This document shows positions 56,891 through 64,000 of a DNA stretch of 64,000 bases, one piece after another. Source of the stretch: Patescibacteria group bacterium. Lineage in GTDB: Bacteria; Patescibacteriota; Patescibacteriia; UBA9934; GWF2-40-263. Position 1 is the first letter of the stretch, and every line of letters starts with the position of its first letter. The stretch lies in NCBI GenBank assembly GCA_004297215.1, contig SCUM01000001.1, positions 353,181-417,180 of the forward strand, given 5' to 3'. The notes under the pieces were generated by a model. That model searched no databases. It had not been told where the DNA came from and saw only the letters and a program-made list of their open reading frames with translations. The translations under genes were made by a program, and so were the position numbers.

Positions 56891-56935
56891 TTGAATTTTC
56901 ATTTCCGAACGTTCGCGCTAGGGTACCATGCGCCT

Positions 56936-57862
56936 ATGACGGTATTCGAGGCCCTGCAATGGGCCAGCGGCAAACTCAAGCCCCATGCGGAATCGGCCAT
57001 GCTCGACGCTGAGGTGCTGCTTGGGCATGCCTTAGGGCTTCCAAAGGCATGGGTGTTCTCGCATTTCGAGTACGAGCTGAAGCCGTACGAGGCCGACAGG
57101 TTCGCATCGTCCGTCGCGCGGCGCATGAAGCGCGAGCCGGTGGCGCACATCATCGGCCAAAAGGAATTCTACGGCCGCAAGTTCCGCGTCACTCCCGCGA
57201 CCCTTATCCCTCGACCAGAAACGGAGCTGCTCGTCGAGCACGCGCTCAGGGCGAGCTACCCCTCTCCTTTAGAAGGAGAGGGCATGGGTGAGGTCTCGCG
57301 AGACAAGGACATGGGTGACGTGCTCTTCGCCGACATCGGGACCGGCAGCGGCGCCATTGCCATTTCCCTTGCCGCCGAATCCGGATTTCCGGCCGTCGCA
57401 ACGGACGTGAGTCGCGAAGCCCTGGCTGTCGCGAAGAGCAATGCCGAAGCGCTCGGCGTTTCCGACAAGGTGGATTTCCGGCTCGGAAATCTCCTGGAAC
57501 CGGTCACGGCCATCTTCAAGAAACTCGGAGACGCGTCGCCGGTAACGCACCTTGTCATCTGTGCCAACCTGCCGTACCTCACCGCGGAACAGGTCGCCTG
57601 CACGGACGCCGACGTAAAAGACTTCGAGCCGCATTCCGCCCTCGTCGCGGGCGAAGACGGCCTGTCCTGTTACTGGCAATTGTTCCGTCAGCTAAAGCAG
57701 AACCGCGGCCTGTTCCCCGCCCGCGTCACGGCCCTCATCGAGATCGACCCGTCGCAGCGCGACAAGGCCGTCGCCCTCATCACGCACGACTTCCCCGCCG
57801 CCAAGCCTGAAGTCCTGAAAGACCTTGCCGGCCTCGATCGGGTCATCTTCGCCGACCTATGA
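56936..57862 (+). CDS. prmC: Release factor glutamine methyltransferase PrmC/HemK
   Basis: LIPRPETE, DIGTGSG and ANLPY motifs. Confidence 0.95.
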   Translation: MTVFEALQWASGKLKPHAESAMLDAEVLLGHALGLPKAWVFSHFEYELKPYEADRFASSVARRMKREPVAHIIGQKEFYGRKFRVTPATLIPRPETELLVEHALRASYPSPLEGEGMGEVSRDKDMGDVLFADIGTGSGAIAISLAAESGFPAVATDVSREALAVAKSNAEALGVSDKVDFRLGNLLEPVTAIFKKLGDASPVTHLVICANLPYLTAEQVACTDADVKDFEPHSALVAGEDGLSCYWQLFRQLKQNRGLFPARVTALIEIDPSQRDKAVALITHDFPAAKPEVLKDLAGLDRVIFADL

Positions 57863-57889
57863 AAATACCAGGACCCGGTCCTGGTATTT
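57863..57889. repeat. 27-bp palindrome between convergent genes
   Basis: aaataccaggacc-c-ggtcctggtattt. Confidence 0.6.
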
Positions 57890-57901
57890 CCGCGCGAACG
57901 C

Positions 57902-58999
57902 TTAAAAACTTGGTGCCTCTGCCGGCTCGTGGATGGATACCATTTCGGCGTCCGGGACCACTTCGATCCACGTAAGGCCGGCATTCATCTCCATCTCGGC
58001 GCCATTTTCGTCGAAGAAGCGGATGCGCTCCGTGGCGCTGGGCTTTTTCCAGGTGCCTTTCACCGCCTTGCCGTCCTGGAGCACCATCGCGCTCCCCTCC
58101 CCGACCGTCTTCACCTCGCGACGACCGACCGCGTCGACGACCTTCATCTGGGTGATCACGATGGCGACGTTCGCCGCGGCGACCGGAGAACCGTCCTGCA
58201 TCTGATACGGGAGCCCGCCCTGGCGGCGCGCATACGTGCCCGTCTTCGGATCATACGTCCAGTCCGCCTTGTAACTCGTGGCGCCGAAGTCGACGGTGGC
58301 GCCCGCGCCCTCTGGCTCAGGCTCGATGTCCTTGAACGCCCAGGTGCCATACAGGAGCGTAGGCGCCTTGCCGAGGTCCTCCGCCTTCTTCGCCGCGGCG
58401 GCAAGCCGTTCGGACGAGGTGTACGCGTTGTGCGGGGCGAACCGGTCCGCAGAGCGCCAGTACGCGGCGCCGTTTCCGAACTCGTTGAGGTCGAAAACGC
58501 CCGTGCGGCCGATGAGCTCGAGCGCGGCGTCGGAACCGCCCACATGCGCGTACAGCGCGTCGAGCTCCTGCGCCCAGTCCACGAAATAGGGGCGGGCGGA
58601 GCGCACCGGACCGATCTTTCCCACGTCCGTCCCGGCGGCGAAGAACGCCTCGAGCCGCGGGATGCCGGCCTCCACCGGCGCTTCGATCACCAGGAACGCC
58701 TTGTTGACCCCGCTTTGGGGCCAGGCATCCACGCTGTGGTCCACCATGACGGCATACGCCAAGGGATAATCCTCCATCGGCTCCAGGCGACGCTCGCCCG
58801 TGAGCGGATGGCGGAAGGCGAGCACCTCCTCCCGCGCCTCGTCCGGGGCATCCGGACGGTCAGGCCAGATCACGCCGCGGAACGCGTACAGCCCCAGGAC
58901 AAGCGCAAATGCAAGCGCGATGGCCATCGCGCTTGCATATCCCTCCTTGGTCTTGAGCTTCTGGAACCAGCGTTCCAATTCCTGTCGGTAGTTCGTCAT
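57902..58999 (-). CDS. DUF3048 domain protein
   Basis: VEAGIPR, GPVRSARPY, HVGGS and APHNAY motifs. Confidence 0.9.
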   Translation of the reverse strand: MTNYRQELERWFQKLKTKEGYASAMAIALAFALVLGLYAFRGVIWPDRPDAPDEAREEVLAFRHPLTGERRLEPMEDYPLAYAVMVDHSVDAWPQSGVNKAFLVIEAPVEAGIPRLEAFFAAGTDVGKIGPVRSARPYFVDWAQELDALYAHVGGSDAALELIGRTGVFDLNEFGNGAAYWRSADRFAPHNAYTSSERLAAAAKKAEDLGKAPTLLYGTWAFKDIEPEPEGAGATVDFGATSYKADWTYDPKTGTYARRQGGLPYQMQDGSPVAAANVAIVITQMKVVDAVGRREVKTVGEGSAMVLQDGKAVKGTWKKPSATERIRFFDENGAEMEMNAGLTWIEVVPDAEMVSIHEPAEAPSF

Positions 59000-59052
59000 G
59001 TGGGGATCCTTCGTGCCTGATGGTCCTCAGGATAAATTCGACTAAGTCGAAT

Positions 59053-59772
59053 TTACTTCTTGGCCTTAGGTTCTTCCTTCTTCGCTTCCGGTTTCCCTTC
59101 CGCCCCTTCGGCCGCTTCGGCCCCTTCCTCCTCTTCCTTGCCCTTCTTCTCCACCTCGACCTTGGTGACGTCCGCTTCCGCGACCGTGTCGAGCGCGGCG
59201 ATCTCTTCCTCGGAACGCGGCGCTTCCACGGAGGCGACGGCGCCCTGCGCGTCATCGAGGATGGTGACGCCCGCGGGGACCGCGATGTCGGAAACGCGGA
59301 TGATGTCGTCGAAGGTGACGAGCGTGCTGATGTCAATCACGATCTCGCCCGGCAGGTCCTTCGGCAACGCGCGCACGGTGACCTCTTCCACCGAGTGGGT
59401 GAAGGTGCCGCCGAGGTTCTTGACGGCGTTGGACTCGCCCGTGAACACGAGCTTCACATGGGTCTCGATGGGCTTGGTCATGTCCAGCGCGCGGAAGTCG
59501 GCGTGGATCACCTCGTCGCGCAGCGGGTCGGTCTGGATGTCGTGGATGAGCACGTTCACCATCCCCTTGCCGTCGATCGTAAGCTCGACCACGCCGGATT
59601 CCCCGGCCGCCTTGTACAGGCGCACGAACGCCGGGCGGTCGACCTGGATGGCCGTGGGGGCGTCGATGCCGGCGCCGTATACGATGGCCGGGACCACCTC
59701 CTCGTTGCGCAGCAGGTAGTTCTTGCGCCCCTTGGTGGTGCGGACGTTCGCGTTCAGCTGGTAGGTCTGCAT
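59053..59772 (-). CDS. rplY: 50S ribosomal protein L25/CTC
   Basis: VPAIVYG and IHADF motifs; acidic tail. Confidence 0.95.
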   Translation of the reverse strand: MQTYQLNANVRTTKGRKNYLLRNEEVVPAIVYGAGIDAPTAIQVDRPAFVRLYKAAGESGVVELTIDGKGMVNVLIHDIQTDPLRDEVIHADFRALDMTKPIETHVKLVFTGESNAVKNLGGTFTHSVEEVTVRALPKDLPGEIVIDISTLVTFDDIIRVSDIAVPAGVTILDDAQGAVASVEAPRSEEEIAALDTVAEADVTKVEVEKKGKEEEEGAEAAEGAEGKPEAKKEEPKAKK

Positions 59773-59850
59773 AGGGTGGTTCCTGGACGGGAAAAGCCCC
59801 GTCGAATGGGCCAAGTATGCAAAAACGGCTGTGATTTGTCAATGCCGAAG

Positions 59851-59920
59851 CGCGTAATGCGTAGGTGGCAGGTGGTAGGACAAAAAATCCTACGCACTAC
59901 GTACTACCCCCTACGTACTC
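59851..59920. repeat. Heptamer-periodic inverted repeat
   Basis: taggtgg caggtgg taggac ... ctacgca ctacgta ctacccc. Confidence 0.7.
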
Positions 59921-59921
59921 A

Positions 59922-60332
59922 TCAGGAGCGGTTCGATCGGGTTTTCGAGGAGAATCGGACCCGCTTTTTCCCTAAGGTGACGGACCTGGCCAATGCGGCG
60001 AGACCGGGGCCGTCCACGAAGGCATGCAGCTCGATCACGTCATCCACGGTGATGGCGCCTGGGCGCTGGAACCGCAGGGCGTCGTCGGCGGACAGGTCCG
60101 TGAGGAGCGCGACCGAGGTCGCGGCTTCCCCCCGGCGCATCACCAGGGAAAGGGTGGCGCAGCCGCATCGCTCACAGGCGGCGTGGATCAGGCTCGTGTC
60201 ATCCCGGGAGCCGAGCACGCGGCTTACGAGGTCCGTGCGGCGTTCGTCGCATGCGGCGCACGAGACGAGCTTCAGCGGCTCATTCCAGGCGTTGTTGGAA
60301 GGCATAGGGGTAAGCGTGGGGGTCACCTCCAT
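59922..60332 (-). CDS. Zinc-ribbon hypothetical protein
   Basis: CAAC...CERC and ITVDDVIELH. Confidence 0.7.
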   Translation of the reverse strand: MEVTPTLTPMPSNNAWNEPLKLVSCAACDERRTDLVSRVLGSRDDTSLIHAACERCGCATLSLVMRRGEAATSVALLTDLSADDALRFQRPGAITVDDVIELHAFVDGPGLAALARSVTLGKKRVRFSSKTRSNRS

Positions 60333-60362
60333 ACGATAACACGGGCAAGGAAGAAAGGAAGG

Positions 60363-61469
60363 TTAGGCCCCGTCGCGGCGGGAATGTACCGCGACGCTCT
60401 GCGCCACCCCGAGCATGAGCAGGGTGAACAAGAGCGAGCTCCCGCCGTAGCTTACGAGCGGCAGGGTGACGCCGGTCACGGGCATGAGGCCCAGGTTCGC
60501 CCCGACGTTCACGGTGAGCTGCACGAGGATCATGGCGCCGAACCCGATGAGCAAGTGGCTGGTGAAGTCGTCCCGGCTCGCGGCGGCGAGCTGGAGCAGG
60601 CGGACGAACAGGACGGCGAACGCGGACAGGACGATGACGACCCCGAAGAACCCGAGCTCCTCGGCGATGACCGCGAAGATGAAGTCGGTCTGGGACTCCG
60701 GGAGGAACTTGAGCTGGCTCTGCGACCCGAACCCCAATCCGCTGCCGAACAGGCCGCCGCTGCCGACCGCGATGATGGCCTGCGCGACGTTGTATCCTTC
60801 CCCGAGCGGGTCCAAGGACGGGTCGATGAACGAGAGGATGCGCGCTTTCTGATACGGGGCGAGCAACCCCTGCCAGGCCACGACCCCTACGAGCGCCGCG
60901 ATCGCGAGGATGGGGACGAGGTGGCGCGCTCGCATGCCGGCGAACAGGCAGACGGCACCCCAAAGCCCCATGAGCAGGAGCGCCGAGCCGAGGTCGGGCT
61001 GGAGCATCACGAGGACGGCCGGCACGGCGGCGATCAGCCCGCTTTCCACCAGCTCGCGCACCGCGAACCGGGGGCGCGCACGGGAAGAGAAATACGCGGC
61101 GAGCGCCACCGCGAGCGCGAACTTCATGTACTCGACCGGCTGGAAGCGGAACGTCCCGAGGTCGAACCATCCGGTCGTGCCGCGCACGTCCTCGCCAAAG
61201 AGCAGCACGGCCCCGAGCATGAGGACGCCCGCGGCGTACGCGACGACGCTCCAGTTGCGCAACAGCCGGTAATTGCCGCGCGCGGCGAACAGGAACGCCG
61301 CGAGACCGACGCCCGCGGCCAGCAGCTGTTTCTTCACGTTCAGGAAATCCGACTCGGGACGGGACAGGGCCACGGAATAGATGGCGGCGAGGCCGAAGGC
61401 GAGCAACGCGAACACCGCGAAGGCGAGCGGCCAGTCCATGCGTCGCAGGCGGGCGAGGTCGAGGAGCAT
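60363..61469 (-). CDS. rodA: Rod shape-determining protein RodA (SEDS family)
   Basis: QPVE, QPDLG, LPESQTDFIF and LPLVSYGGSS motifs. Confidence 0.93.
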   Translation of the reverse strand: MLLDLARLRRMDWPLAFAVFALLAFGLAAIYSVALSRPESDFLNVKKQLLAAGVGLAAFLFAARGNYRLLRNWSVVAYAAGVLMLGAVLLFGEDVRGTTGWFDLGTFRFQPVEYMKFALAVALAAYFSSRARPRFAVRELVESGLIAAVPAVLVMLQPDLGSALLLMGLWGAVCLFAGMRARHLVPILAIAALVGVVAWQGLLAPYQKARILSFIDPSLDPLGEGYNVAQAIIAVGSGGLFGSGLGFGSQSQLKFLPESQTDFIFAVIAEELGFFGVVIVLSAFAVLFVRLLQLAAASRDDFTSHLLIGFGAMILVQLTVNVGANLGLMPVTGVTLPLVSYGGSSLLFTLLMLGVAQSVAVHSRRDGA

Positions 61470-61485
61470 GGGGGGAGGGTAGACG

Positions 61486-61621
61486 AAAACTTGAAACATG
61501 AAAACTTGAAGGACCAAAGACCCATGAAAAGGTCGATGGATAAAAGGATGAAATTTCAAACTTCATCCTTCAACCTTTCCGTCACCCATTGGTCCTTCAA
61601 GTTTTGGTTCTTCAAGTTTTT
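61486..61621. repeat. MITE-like inverted-repeat element (GAAAACTTGAA...TTCAAGTTTT)
   Basis: Close relative of 585-725, with the core in opposite orientation. Confidence 0.75.
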
Positions 61622-61625
61622 TATC

Positions 61626-64000
<2,375 letters not shown>

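Noticed and set aside
585-61621. CRISPR array among the repeats
   Set aside because: The repeats are dispersed or short-period tandem units without unique spacers of constant length, and no cas genes are present.

Overview
A gene-dense, GC-rich bacterial chromosome segment. Gene content (DUF4012, DUF2207, DUF3048, DUF4015, short TsaB, archaeal-type PyrH, split PEP-utiliser proteins) suggests a Patescibacteria/CPR genome; this is inference. Housekeeping blocks: mreB with glycosyltransferases, rplJ-rplL, pyrH, xseAB, lexA-dinB, uvrD/pcrA, mltG, gpmI-eno-pgk-ndh-gap-tsf-rpsB, queA, rpmE-prfA-prmC, rplY, rodA and gyrB. Accessory elements: three type II toxin-antitoxin pairs, several lone ORFans with their own promoters, and a lower-GC island. 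The island encodes one standalone PPDK N-terminal ATP-grasp protein, three proteins with an unknown N-terminal domain plus a phospho-His swivel domain, and two His-phosphatase-like proteins. The most striking non-coding features are: (1) a ~910-nt highly structured ORF-free RNA between prfA and prmC, with its own sigma70 promoter; (2) an aberrant tRNA with an Ala-type G3:U70 acceptor stem and a non-Ala anticodon loop, preceded by a promoter, a short leader complementary to its D and anticodon arms, and a terminator; (3) many families of small palindromic or periodic repeats, several inserted in-frame into proteins. No CRISPR array, rRNA or transposase was seen. All calls come from reading the sequence by eye, with no database searches.
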